A DNA stretch of 64,000 bases from the human T2T-CHM13v2.0 reference genome, Homo sapiens: NCBI RefSeq assembly GCF_009914755.1, contig NC_060933.1; one strand, 5' to 3'. Positions 13,676-27,424 of the stretch are shown here, piece by piece. The first letter of the stretch is position 1. Every line of letters starts with the position of its first letter. A program made the translations under genes and the position numbers. Under the pieces are notes generated by a model, which saw nothing but the letters and a program-made list of their open reading frames with translations, searched no databases and had not been told where the DNA came from.

Positions 13676-13910
13676 CAGGGTCTTGCTTTGTTGCCCAGGC
13701 TGGAGTACAGTGGTATGATTACTGCTCACTGAAGCCTTGACCTCCCAGGCTCCAGCAGTCCTCCTAATTCAGCCTTCCAAGTAGCTGGGACTACAGGCAC
13801 ATGGCACAATATCAGGCTAATTTTTGTAATTTTTTGTAGATTTGTGGTCTCCCTATGTTGCCTAGGCTGGTCCCAAACTCCTGGGCCCAAGCGATCCGCC
13901 CACCTTGGCC
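13671..13910 (-). mobile_element. AluJ, 5'-truncated
   Basis: agacagggtcttgc...ctcactgaagccttgacctcccaggctc...aactcctgggcccaagcgatcc (J-type). Probable TSD cttgcccaatt 13615-13625 / ctttcccaatt 13910-13920. Confidence 0.9.
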
Positions 13911-14114
13911 TTTCCCAATTCTTACAGCAAAAAAGAGTATACAGTTGATATGAACCATTCTCTGAACATCATTTGTTTTTACTGTACCTGCTTCTGTCAT
14001 AATGAACAAGAAGTGTGAAGGATATTTATCTGTCCATAGCAGCAGATGACAATGTTTTATGCTGAACTACAGCGGACAGGTGATGTGCAAATATATGAAA
14101 CTCTCAAATATATA

Positions 14115-14298
14115 ACTGGCTCTGCTTCTTAGAAGCTTGTAGACTTGAAGTAAGCAACCTACCCGCTCTAGGCTTTTTCTGTGAAAAGGGCTATAATTGG
14201 ATCTACTTCCAGGCTATTGTTAGGATTTAGGACATAATGCATACAAATCACTCGGCTCATTGCCTGAAACATAGTGAGAACCCAATAAACATCATAGC
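14115..14298 (+). mobile_element. MIR fragment
   Basis: ctggctctgct...ctgtgaaaaggg...ttgttaggattt...tgcctgaaacatagtgagaacccaataaac. Confidence 0.7.
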
Positions 14299-15824
14299 AC
14301 CCAAAAAACATAAATACCTTTTAGCAGCAGTCAAAAAAGGTAAAACATTTGTGTTCTACCTCACAAGGAGTTTCCACACTGTAGCTGGGAAACAAATCAC
14401 CCCTTAATAAGGTTAAGCTATACAGTATAGCTCAGTTTTCATCTTTCACGTCTCAAACAGAAACATCATGTGGATCTTTCACTCAAACCAAATGGAAGTT
14501 GTTTTCCTTTCCACAACAATATGAATTCCCTTGGTTAGACAGTAAGAAGGTCACTGGACAATTTCTGAACTGTGAATAAGCAAATACAAAGAGAAGGAAA
14601 AAAGCTGGGTTTGTTGAGCAGGCATTGCTCATTCCAGACTGATGACACAACTTTTGGTTAAGGATAGTGAAGATAGAGAAAGCAGTTGCACTGACATTTC
14701 AACACATTCCTTTAGCCATGGTAATTAACGCCTCAACTTCTGGATTCAGGGAACGGCCCTCTCTCTGCTGAGGACATTCATTTCAACGGTGTGCTTTTAA
14801 GTGAATTGAAAAGGACCCTAAAGAGAAAGGCTGCCTTTCATATCTCCTCTCTCTCTTCAGTGAATCTGGACACAGGGCTTTCATCTTCTCATTGCGCAGC
14901 TTAGGTCCCCTTTTGTTTTGTGGTGCCCTGTTACGTTGCTTTGTTTTGGTTTCTCTGGGAGGCCTGCCAACCCTAGCCTCAGAGAAGGCTCGAAATGATG
15001 AGATCAAATGTTTTGAGACAGTGTTACATTTCCTTTTTTTCCCCAAGCTTTTCTTTGTTTAGCTCTATGCCTCCTGTCATCTTAAATCTTCTCTTCCTTA
15101 TGTAGTGCCTCTATAGCCAAAGAGATTGCTAAGTCACAGAATCACGTACTTTGAAGTAATTTCTTGAGAGTAATGAAACTCAGCTACCTGACAGAAAAAT
15201 CCCCTTTATGATAACTCCAACCCATGCTTATGCTCAAATATGACTTGCACACACTTCATACAGGGGAGTTCCTTGCACCAATACTAGTTTTTAAATGTAG
15301 TTTTTAGAACGTTCTTCCTTATGGTTTTAGAACTGTAATTAATCTTAATTCTAGTTAATGGAGTTAAACAGAAGGAATCATATCCCCTCCTCTCCCACCT
15401 GTTTTCTCTTTTTCAGATTTAGAATCTCATTTTCTAAACATTATGTAGAAATTAAGATGTAGAAGGGGAGGGTGATCATAAAAATATACAGACAGGCTTT
15501 ACAGAATTCATTCCTTCATTCAAAAAATAATTCAAAGTACGAGCCAGGGGATTCTAAGTTTTGAAGTGAGGAGTAACTTGATCTATAGAAGGAATTGAAA
15601 CAAAAACTGCATGAATAGACTTTTGAGTCAGGGAGGGTCTTCCCAGATGAAGCTGGGTTTTGTAGACTTAGGGACATTTTTCCAAAAATAATAAAAAAAC
15701 AGGGAGGAGTTTTAAGCAGCAATGTCATAGGGTTTCAAGACATTTTGCCATTATGGCTACCCTCTTCTGGACAGACTGTAGTTATTCACCATTCTGTTTC
15801 AGGTGCACAGCGCTAACCATACCA

Positions 15825-15980
15825 TCCAGACAGGGGCTGGTGAGTCCACAGTAGGCTGAGCCATCACCTCCTTTGTTCTGGACATTAGATTGATGCATCC
15901 TAATGATGTATTTACTTGGATGGTCACTTTGTCATTCTGTTTTGTATCAGATAGATCTGGTGGTCGACTAAAATCAATAC
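15825..15980 (-). mobile_element. L3/CR1 LINE reverse-transcriptase remnant
   Basis: The minus-strand translation QNDKVTIQVNTSLGCINLMSRTKEVM resembles the CR1 ORF2 motif QCxxAAKKANAILGCINRSIxSRSREVI. Confidence 0.75.
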
Positions 15981-16149
15981 CTGGTTTGGGTTGGATTTTT
16001 GATGCTAGATATGCTATACAGAAGCTGGACCACAAAGGAAACTCACGTCAACTTGAGATGCCCAGGATTAAGTTTCTCTTCTCTTTCTGCATCTAATTGA
16101 GCCTATATGATGAGAGTTTTGCTTTTGTTCTGGTTTTTCTCTTTTCTTC

Positions 16150-16920
16150 TATAATTTTTTTCTAATGATGACAGCAAACTTGGAAAATACAGAAAAACAA
16201 AGTGAAGCAAGTAAAAATAATTGAAATAAGCATAGATAACCATTGTTATCACTGCTATTGACATCTTTCACTAAGTATCATTTTCCATGGTTGAAATCAT
16301 ACTGTCATGTAGTTTTATATAGCCTGTTTTATAACTATTATTATTAGGTCACAAGAATTTATTTTCCAGCATATTAAATGGTTTTCATATGTGCTTCTTA
16401 TTTGAGGACATTGAATTTCCTGGTTTTTTACTTTATAAAAGAATATTTTCAAAGAATACCTTTATATTTAAATATTTACTTGCATTTCAGAGTATTTCCT
16501 TAGATTAGCACTCTAGAAACATATTTAAAGCTTCTTTGATACATATTTATACACTGCTTTACAAAACTTGTTGGCTAATTTACACTTCTACCTGTATTGT
16601 GCATTAAAAAAATAAAAATAAAAAATTAACCTTGCTGCTTAATTGGAGAAAATATAACTGCATTATTGTCTTCACTTTTGTTTTTAATTGTTAGTGATGT
16701 TAAAGATTTTACAATGTTTATTAAGCCATTTATCTTTCTTTATTGTTAACTGTCAGTTCTCATCTTTCTTATGCAGGATGGTCTTACTGATTTTCTTCTA
16801 AATTTGTGTAATACTTTTGTATATAAATATTTTAATCCTCATTTTGTCATAACTCTTATAAGTGAGTATGCATCCCAATCTACTTGGAATTTTAATATTG
16901 TTTGTGATTTTTAAAAATTA
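16150..16920 (-). mobile_element. Old L1ME-type fragment
   Basis: ttggaaaatacagaaaa...gataaccattgtta...tatttccttagatta...ctaatttacacttctacc; a T-rich antisense L1 pattern. Confidence 0.6.
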
Positions 16921-17201
16921 CAAAGAAGCCTTAAAAATTTAGCTTATTTTACATATACCATTTGAGTGCTACTGTAATGAAAAATAAAGAGGTTTCTTTG
17001 CCTGATTTACTTTCTCTTTCAGTTTGACCTGAGCTTGAAAACAAAAGTAGAAAAGAAAAAAAGTTTTCATGGGTTTCGCCTTAAATAAATCTTACATAAT
17101 TCCTCTTAAATGCATTTTCTGTAATAAAAAGGGCTTATAAATGTAATTGGAGGTATGAGTTGGGGCCTGCAAAGGCTGAATTCCAAGACTTGTTTTAATA
17201 T

Positions 17202-17210
17202 TGTGCATGT

Positions 17211-17253
<43 letters not shown>
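17202..17253. repeat. (TG)n microsatellite
   Basis: TG run with two interruptions near the left end. Confidence 0.95.
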
Positions 17254-17254
<1 letters not shown>

Positions 17255-19340
17255 ATTTTGTTAAATGGAGTCTGGAGAGGAAATTAATAAGATTCACATA
17301 ATTCTTTCTTCTCTGGTGCTTGATAACTTCTCAGCCACTGCCAAATAATGTTAACTTGTTATAACGTTTGTTTAAATTCTATTCTTAAACAAATTCTCCT
17401 TAGCAAGGACTTTGGGACCAAACAGTCCTGAACCATCTGTAAAGTGGGAATAATCATGCTCTCCTTGAAGTGCTTTTGTCCAGCTAATCACAAAGCAAAG
17501 GTAAAGTACTGAGCTGGTACTGGCACACAGAAGACACCTAATGCCAGACTCTACTCCACCTCAACCTCCTGTGTCAGGCCACGAAAGACTCTGTGGTTCC
17601 TGAGAAATAACATGTGTTCACCAGAATGCAAGCACCCTACACTGGTGTTAACCTCAGTAGCATGCCAGACTGATATCTGAATGGAAAAAAACATATAATG
17701 ACTGAATTTTTATATTATTCGTTTATCCAACAAACATTCTCAAGAATCAAACGTATGGCTGGTATTGTGAAAGACGCTGATCATACAGAGAAGATTAAAT
17801 CTTTCTTCCTGCATTGATAAAGCAGTACTGGAACCCTTTGAGTAAACACTCAGAATTATGTGTCCATCTAATTTTACCACTAGGTTTAGCTTCGCCTGCT
17901 GTGCTTCTCCAATACTAAATTTCCCTGGAAACAAGGAATAATCACATTTAGCACTGAGGTATGGGTGAAATAAACTCTACAAATGTGCTATGTAATGATC
18001 CAGTAGATTCAGAGAAAATAACGTATTTACTGAGCCAACAAAGTATAGATACAAGGGTTCTTAAAACACACCATGGTATCATTAAATGATGAAGAAATGG
18101 TGTATGTATGATGCTGATGAAATATTTCAAAAAAGAACATTCAAATAACAAGAGTAAGCCATTTGTTCCTGAAGGAATTGCTAATTCAGCTTTCTCAAAC
18201 TAGGCAGATTACTGACCACTTAACTCTGCAAAATATCCCAGTTTCTTGAAGCAAAACTGCTTCTAATACTAAGTAAAATGAACCTTTATAAATTTGCTTT
18301 AATGCTCTTATAATTCACATTTTTTCTTGTACAGTTGTATTTTATTTTTAAAATGTGTAATTTTAAAGCTTTGCAGAACTGAGAAATTTGATTTTGGAGA
18401 AAAGTGGCAAAAGAGAAAATTATCTCTCACTTACTTGATTTGTTTTACTTGGTAGAACATGAATTTATATTTTGTGATCTACAAAATGTCAGTTGCCAAA
18501 AATGGAGCTGAGTCTTTTTTAAAAAGGTAATTATTTTCATAAACTAGACAAAAATCCCAATTTGAAGAGTACTTGCAAGAGAAACAGGTAGTTCTTACTT
18601 ATCTCAATTTGTGCATGACTAATCTTTCTTCGGGACCCTCCAGGTCAGATTTTAGATTGTTTTTGTTAATTATTTCCAAAAGCCGACCTGACTCAGGCAC
18701 ATTAAATTATTTCCATTGGAGGCTCTTTATTCCTAAAGAAACCAACCACTTAAACATCGGGTGAGTGTTTGGAGTTTCCAAATTATGGTACCACTATTCA
18801 ATTAAAAACTACATCTTAAGTGAACTATGGAATACCAGTTCACTTTTCTTACCAGCATGGTTTACCTTGTCAGGTTCCCCTCTTTTCTAACCTGGTTGTG
18901 TACATAACTTTCTGCAAGCTATTTGGCATGTCTGAATGGGTGGACAATCATTGGTAAAAGCCACCTTTCCAGTTTACAAGTCTTTCATATCTAGAAGATC
19001 AAAGAGAATACAAAAATTAAAAAGAGAGAAAAAGAAAAGTACAGAAAAGAAAATAAAGGAAGAGAAGAAAGAAAAGAAGAGACAAAATTGAAACAAAAAT
19101 GAAGAAAAGCAAAAAGAAATCTTAGGGTAATATAGATGTCTTTTAATCAATGTGTATATTTGTATATTTTCTGAATCTTTTGGAATGTCCCCTATCACTG
19201 CCCCAGTAAATTAATTTTCTCTCAAGACAGGGTTGTAGGAAGTTTAAAAACGAAACCTAGAGAGTGACAGAAATCTTGTCCTGGCTTCTTCTGAGCATAG
19301 GCAACGTAAGGTATTTTATTGCTGGATCATTGTTGTTTTA

Positions 19341-19697
<357 letters not shown>

Positions 19698-20120
19698 TCA
19701 TGAACGATACTGATTAAGTCTTTAAGGCAATAACCACTCCTGAGATTGTGCATTGGGACAGGAATCATAATTTTCTGCTCCCACCCTTTCCAATCACTCA
19801 CGTGCCTCCCAACATGCGCACGTATCTGGCGGATCATACCCTTGTTTCAACCTTACAATGTGTACATAGAAGTGCTTGGTACAATCAGAATTCTGCTCAG
19901 TTACCTGGTGTGGGGGGAAAAAGCCACTGGAAATGATCTAGAGGAGTGTTATGAAATTTGAAGCTGTCCTAAAGTGTAGCTGTAATTTGATTGACGTAAA
20001 TATCTTGCTTGTTACAGTTTATTAAATACCTTTTATTTTTTACCTTTCTCCTTTTGTTCCCTCAGTTTTCAGCTTATTCTGAAAAGTATCAAAAATATTA
20101 CCAACTATTACTGCCTTTAA

Positions 20121-20421
<301 letters not shown>

Positions 20422-20518
20422 TAAAAATAAAGTGACAAATAGAAAAGTCAAAAAATGTTGGAGAAACTAAATTTTAAAAACTGAAAGCATTCACTTTATT
20501 TACCTCATATCACTATAG

Positions 20519-20805
<287 letters not shown>

Positions 20806-22200
20806 CAGGGAAAATTTTCATAATGTTCAGAGGATTGCTTTTTGTATTTTTGTTTTGTTTTGTTTTGCTTACTGGAGGGTTATAAGAGGTATCTAAGAAT
20901 AACTTTGAGCTAATGAATTAAATTTTAGTTCTTTCTTATCATGTTATTATACTTCCTATAGTTCACCAAATAAGCCAGGAATGCATTTTATTACTTTATT
21001 TGAAAATTTTAACAACTTATTAGAAAGCATAAAAACAGAAAATGAAACAAAAGCAGAATCTCCCTGTGATAGAATTATACTAGAACACATGTGTTTTGTA
21101 CATCTTTTTGCTGTCACTAGTTTATATTTTCACATACATTAATTTATATTTGCCATGCATTGGACTACATTTCCAACTGGACACATAGTGACATCTCCCA
21201 AACCAGTAATCTAAAGTTTCTCAGATGAGAATGCAAAATCAAATGTGTTCATATAAACTTAAAAACCTTCTGGCTTGGCCTTTATTCTCTAGATGCTGGA
21301 GGGAAAGTTCACATTTGCTCTCTGCAACCTTGTCTATGTTTCTGTTTCTGTTGTTCACACTTCTAATGTGGGGTGGTGTGTGTGTGTTATGTGTGTTTTC
21401 AGTTGCTGCTATCTTAAAAAGGATTTCAAATGTGCATGATGGAGAGAGATAACAGTGTTTAATTAGGGGTAACTATAAAGCAGTCACCAACAATTGTCAG
21501 TGCAGTTTGAAAGGTTAGTCCTTACCAGAGACATCCTTGATTCTGGATTTTAAAAAGAGAAAGCAATCTACAAATGTAAATAAAACTGTGAGTGTCATAA
21601 AAACATGACAAAACCATTAGGAAATGTTATTCTGTTTCATTTATTTCTTATTCACTTTGAAAATAACTCCACTTTGTTTTATAATCATAAGGCTTTCTTA
21701 TTCAACCTGGGTTTTCTTTCTTTAAGTTTCTCCCTTCCCTTAAGCTATGGTGTGCCATGGAGCCTCAAGCAAGAAGACAAACTCTAGAGATGTAAGATAA
21801 AAAGTGTAGCTTCTTCTGTGTACGTGCACTGGTACATTTCAAAATAAATGTTTGAACAAGTCCACAAAATCTGAGCCAACACTGAATAAAGAAAAAAAGA
21901 ATGCATGCAGAACAAAATAATCAATTGCACACACACACACACAGACACACTCGGATTCCTGGAGTTTCTTTGGTTGCCTTCCTACCATGAAAATTACGTT
22001 GGCATTGTTTTCTTTGAAACCACATCACATCACAGATCAGATATTTGTGATTTCAGATGTTAGCATTTATACATAAGACATTGGATTGAGTACATTTTAA
22101 ACATAAACAGTAGGCAATGCTGTACAGAGAACATCTAAATTGCCTTCCTAATTGTATTAAATAACAGCATCAACAATGATTGAGCCTTAATAGTTCATTG

Positions 22201-22264
22201 CAAGTGAGAGTTGATTTCTGTATAAAATCCAACAACTGAGAGTTGATTTCTGTATAAAATCCAT
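22201..22264. repeat. 32-bp tandem duplication (2 copies)
   Basis: CAAGTGAGAGTTGATTTCTGTATAAAATCCAA / CAACTGAGAGTTGATTTCTGTATAAAATCCAT, 30/32 identical. Confidence 0.95.
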
Positions 22265-22286
22265 AGACATACTTATGCTGCAGCAG

Positions 22287-22545
22287 ACAGTATAAAATAG
22301 TGGTTAAGAATTCAGACCCTGAATTTAGACTGCCTGAGTTCAAATCCTGACTCTGCACTTGGGGCCACCTGGCCTTGAGCAAGTTGCTTAACCTCTCTTT
22401 ACTTGTTTTCTCATCTGAAGGACAGCAATATCAATAGTACCTATTTCATAGGATTGTTATGAGGATTAAATGAGTGAATACATGCAAGATGCTTAAAACT
22501 GTACCTAGTACATAGAGGGATTCAATGAATATTAACTGTTGTTTT
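22287..22545 (+). mobile_element. MIR, near full length
   Basis: acagtataaaatagtggttaaga...agactgcctgagttcaaatcctgactctgc...gcaagttgcttaacctctct...ataggattgttatgaggattaaatgag. Confidence 0.92.
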
Positions 22546-22847
22546 TATTTAAACAATTCCTACAGTGCTGAGGAACTTAAACTGTATACTGTTTCTTAGG
22601 AAGGAAATAATGGCTGGGTAGTACTACGTATTTTAATTTTCTACTTCACTCCTCTCCTAATTGTCTTCAAGTCTCAGTCTAGCCCAATTTAGGTCCATAG
22701 ATCCTGTTATTTAGAAAAAAAAAAATAAAGACTGTTGGCTGAGGACAAACTTAGCTTTATATAGTTGGATTCTCTATGTTGTAGCCATCCCAGATCTGAT
22801 CTTCCATTTTCCTGATCTGCCTGGTGTGGACTTTGTTCCTTATTTAA

Positions 22848-22973
22848 TTTTTTTTTTTTTTTAGACAGGGTCTTGCTATGTTGCCAAGGCTGTCTCCAAC
22901 TCTTGGCTCCACAGATCCCCCTGCCTCAACCTCCAGAGTAGCAGGAACTACAGATGCATGCCACCATGCCCAA
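22848..22973 (-). mobile_element. FLAM (FLAM_A-like free left Alu monomer)
   Basis: Poly-T followed by agacagggtcttgctatgttgcc..ggctg..aactc...gagtagc.ggaactacag...ccaccatgcc; a single monomer of about 110 bp. Confidence 0.85.
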
Positions 22974-23333
22974 TGTTCTAGTTTTTAACATGAAGTTTTA
23001 ACCACATACATTGATTAGCTATTTGGCAATCCTTCACTTTTTGTCTGCTTTTTTTGAGTCCTCCGCTTTTTGTCTGCCTTGTCTGTCTGCCAACATAATG
23101 ATTTCCAGTTTGTTCCAACCGTTGTATTCGGCTTCCTTGTATTTAGAACTCCAGCCCCTCTTTATGCAAGGACCTTCCATACCTACTTTGTCTACTTCAG
23201 CCTTGCTTCCACTTCCTCCAGCTCCATGCTCTGGGCTGATAGGGAAAAGAGACCTTAGAACACATAGGCTTAGTAACTTAATCTTCAAACACAATGAGAG
23301 GAACTCTTTAGTTCATAAAGGCTGCAGAATGTA

Positions 23334-23533
23334 GCAGTGATTCATACATTTTAGTATACAACAGAATCACTTGAATGGGTGACAAGTGTGTTTTAAGATG
23401 CAGATTTCTGGAACTCTTTTCTCAGAGATTCTGATTGATTAAGTATTGAATGGAGCTGATAAATCTGCATTTTAACCCACTTGCTGGATGATTCTGACAT
23501 GGGCAGTCCAAGAAGCATAATTCGAGAGACACT
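23334..23533. mobile_element. MER5A-like hAT-Charlie MITE
   Basis: cagtgattc...cagaatcacttg...atgcagatttctgg...cagagattctgatt...atctgcattttaac...gatgattctga...ttcgagagacact. Confidence 0.8.
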
Positions 23534-24699
23534 TAACTTGACCAATTGAAGTTAAGTGCCCTTGAATATACCATTGTCTATATTAGTCTCTTCTATGAAC
23601 TCCCTTCTTGTATTTTGGAAAACATTGTGCATCAGGCCAACTAATAGTGCCTAAAAATTAATTTAGAGTCAAAAGGAGGAGCTGTGTGAAGATGGCATTT
23701 TCCCCAACATCAGAAATTTTTCATGACTCTGGATCCTTACAGCAACCAGTCAGGTGGCTAGTGGTTTCGTTTGTCCATGTCTTGCCTTTGAGGAGACAGA
23801 GAGGAGCCAAGACTTTCTGAAAATTACTCTTCTACATTATTTTTTCCAGATTTATCTGTAACTTACCCCTTTAGAATACTATGCATCCAAAAACATTTAA
23901 GAGTAAAATGAAAGTATTCTCTAAGCTTTGACTTTTGAGTCAAGTTTTTACTCCAACATTGTTGGGTTTTTGTTGTTGCTATTGTTGTTTTTTCTTATTT
24001 AAGCATCCTTACATCTACATGTCTGTGTTCAAGTCTCATGTCACCACCACCAACTTCAAGCCAGAGGCTAATAAAGAAAAACCCAGCCTTATTGACTGAG
24101 CAAGGCTGACTAATGCATAAGTCTACCTTCCCTGGGCTCAGTGTGCCACTGTAGCCCAGCCAACCCTGGCCTATTCTGGAAGCAGCTCAGACCCAGCCTC
24201 ATGCCTGCATGACCTGAATGCACTGTCCTCGACAGACCCCAAAACTTCTGTCTGTGAGGGATTTAAACTATACTGGCATCACTGAAACCCATTCTTCCTG
24301 CCTGGTTTCTCTGTTTTGATAGGTCTTGCATTTCACAACACAGTCACATGTTGAGTGTCTGTAATTTGCTGGAGCCTGGCTACATGCTAGAAAAGGAAAG
24401 ACAAGGTCTCTGCCCTCCAGGAGTTCATCAGCTCCTCATGAAGCCAGAAAAATAAATGGCTACAATGCAATCTGACTCACCGTAACTGAGGATGGATCAA
24501 GTGAACAGAAGTGCTCTCCTCTACTGGCCTATAATTAACAGCGTCCTTGGAGCTTCTGGGGCTCCCAAGATGGAAGTACTGCTGTCACCCAAATTCTCTT
24601 TTCTCATGATTCAGGATCTGGATCACCAATGCTTTCTCAGTGCCTGATCTAATGGCAGTATCTTTTATGTTCTTCCTTTACCATTCACTAAACTTAAAA

Positions 24700-24925
24700 A
24701 GCCCTTCAAAGTCTTCCACCAGTGGGAGACATTTCTCCTTCCTTTGAAATTCCCTAATACTTTACCTCATCATCCCTGTGGTACTTACCAAAGTTTACCT
24801 TGTATCGTGGCTAGTAAAATATATGCTTTCTCTCTCGTCCAGGGGACGGTCTGGTTCCAGAGGGCATGGTCTGGACTCTACACAGTGCCTTACACAGAGC
24901 ACTGTGCATAATTGATGAATCAACA
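24700..24925 (+). mobile_element. L2 3' remnant
   Basis: Ends acacagtgccttacacagagcactg...ttgatgaat. Confidence 0.55.
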
Positions 24926-25409
24926 AAGGAAACACCTTCTGGCAGAAGATCCTGAACATAAAGTATCAGAGTTTGCCCTGATCTGAAGCATTATGTGTTG
25001 GTTTTAGAAAATGCAATCTTCTATCTCTGGCCTTGGGAAAAAACAAAAACAAAAACAAAAAACTCCAAAATTCTGGGATGATTTTAGCAGATCCAAGGAG
25101 TTTTATCCACACATAATATGCCAAAAGACAAAAATCACATATTCTAATTATTCCATGTTTATATTTTAGTAAATTCCCTGTTTAAAAAAACATGGTGTGA
25201 AATTCTGAAGCCTAAGTTTTGTAGTTTATTGAGAAAAATACACAGTAACAATAGTAGCAGTAGAACTGTTTCCAAAACTGTTAAATTAAAGTGTTTTACC
25301 TTGACCTTGAAGACCAAGTGAAAAAATGGATTAAAAATATTGAATATACAATATTTACTTGATTGGTAAGACAATTATAAAATAATGAAAGGGAAGAAAA
25401 TTGAGCATT

Positions 25410-25655
25410 TATGTAGAACACTTCACCATTTGCTTGACCATGTGCTTGACTTTGCAAATTGCTTTTATGTGGATTATCCATTTAATACCTATAGACACTG
25501 AGTGACATTGGCATTATTAACTCTATTTTACAGATCAGAAACTGGGCCTCAGAGAGTCTAACTAACTTGGACAAGATTACTTGTTTAGTGTGTGGTAAAG
25601 CCAGACTACAAATTCAGTTCTATCTAAGTCCTATCCTTTTTAATTACACTAGTTG
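25410..25655 (-). mobile_element. MIR
   Basis: ctctattttacagatcagaaactgggcctcagagag..taacttggacaagattac. Confidence 0.75.
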
Positions 25656-26399
25656 TACATCAGAGATTTAGCTGAGCCACCAAATTTCCGAATCATAGAT
25701 ATCTTACTTTAATATATTTTTAATGTATTCTAAGTAAAATTAATAACTTATTTACCCTGCAGAGGTAGTCTTTTAGTGGCTACATTATTGTTCAAAGTTT
25801 TTATGTATTATAACATGCAGGTTTGGAATGAAAGTGCACAAATGCACTGAATGGCCTTGGAACTGTAATATGAGAGATTAGATTTAGAACCTGGGAAAAT
25901 CCGTGAAGTAAGTTATCATCCTACCTAAAAACACTAAAGTTATGGTTTGGAAACTTTCTGGAAAGAGTGTGCCAAGCTGCTAATACCTGTCTTCCTCATA
26001 AGGCGTTGGAGTTGATGGGATGGCAGGAGAAGGCATTTAGATTATTTACTTAGTAATTCCTTTTTCTAACATTTGGCTCTTTTAGTTGTAAAATGGAAAA
26101 AAAAGAATAGTATCTACTTCATGCAGATGTAAAATGATATGATGCATATAAAGTGCTTACCAAAATGTCAGAATACATGAATGTCTGAATACATGTCATT
26201 AATTTATTACCTTAAAGCACAGATATTCATTCAACAAATACCTATTGAGCATCTGAAAGTGTCAGGCAATATTATATACACCATAAATACAACAATGGAT
26301 GAGATAAACAAGATCGTTGATCAATGAAAATGTTGACAACAAAAATTTTATTTAAGAGTAATTGTATTGCCATTGCAGTAGCATCTACAGAGTGCACAT

Positions 26400-26580
26400 T
26401 GTTGCCAAGTACTTGCCCATCAATTGCATAAGTAAAAATTATTATCTCCATTTATGGATGAAGAAACTAAGGCTCAGAATTAATAAATGACTTGGCCAAG
26501 GCTAAAGAGCTACTGACTAAGGGATTCAGGATTTAATATGTGGCTATTAGTTCCAAAGCCTATATTTTTCTCACTACACC
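26400..26580 (-). mobile_element. MIR fragment
   Basis: attatctccatttatggatgaagaaactaaggctcaga...tgacttggccaagg. Confidence 0.75.
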
Positions 26581-26749
26581 CAAAACATTCTTCTAGTCAG
26601 GTCCTTAGCTCAGGTATTTCCACCTATTATTTTCTGTATTTACAGAATGAGTTTTTAGGGGGGCATAGTGATATTTGTAGTGGCCTAAGAAGCCTGCAAT
26701 TAGTTGGGGTAAAGGGAAAAATATAGTATGCATGCCACCTCTTTCTCTC

Positions 26750-27230
26750 CAATTCTTTCATTATTTCACTTAATCAACAAATATTATTTTTCATGTTCCA
26801 GGCTCTATTTTAGGCTCTGGGGATATAAAGTTGAACAAGTCATAGTCCCTATCCTCATGAAACATACATTCTAGTGGGGACATACATACAATTGTCTAGT
26901 GGGGACAATTGACAGAAAAGAAAAATGCATAAAATAATTAAACACTATTAAAAATCTTATAAAGGACTCAAACAGTGAACTGATATATAGGATAATGAAA
27001 GGATATTAACCTGAGAGAGCATGGTCAGAAGATCCTCACTGAGATGGTAATATCAAAGCCCAGGCCTGAGGTTGAGAATGAGATAGCCACAGGGAGGATG
27101 GAAGAGAGTGAGTTTTGTTACAGGATGCAGAAATGACATGGTCCAAGAACCCAATAAGTCTTTGGATTCCAGGAACCAAAAGAAGCTGACAAGTATGGCC
27201 AGAACTGCAGTGTAATATCCTGAGAAACAA
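26750..27230 (-). mobile_element. L2 remnant
   Basis: ttcattatttcacttaatcaacaaatatt...taggctctggggatataaagttgaacaag...tacattctagtgggg...tggtcagaagatcctcactgag. Confidence 0.75.
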
Positions 27231-27424
27231 TTGTTGGTCCTAGTCAGTTTATTGGCTCAAGCTCATCACGTTCTTATTTCAAGCTCATCTCCCTGTTCCA
27301 GGAATTACCATCCCAATTTTTCCAGATGCTGCCCTTCATTCTTCCATTTGAGGGTCTCTTCTTTCAAATATTTTGGGAAACGGGGTATAGAATTTGGACT
27401 TTGGTCATGCTTTCCATTTTCAGA

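Noticed and set aside
14416-14432. 8-bp-arm palindrome AGCTATAC-A-GTATAGCT (similar ones at about 8016-8042 and 24881-24906)
   Set aside because: About one or more is expected by chance in a window this size.
22201-22264. 32-bp repeat resembling a CRISPR repeat in length
   Set aside because: Only two abutting copies, no spacers, eukaryotic context.
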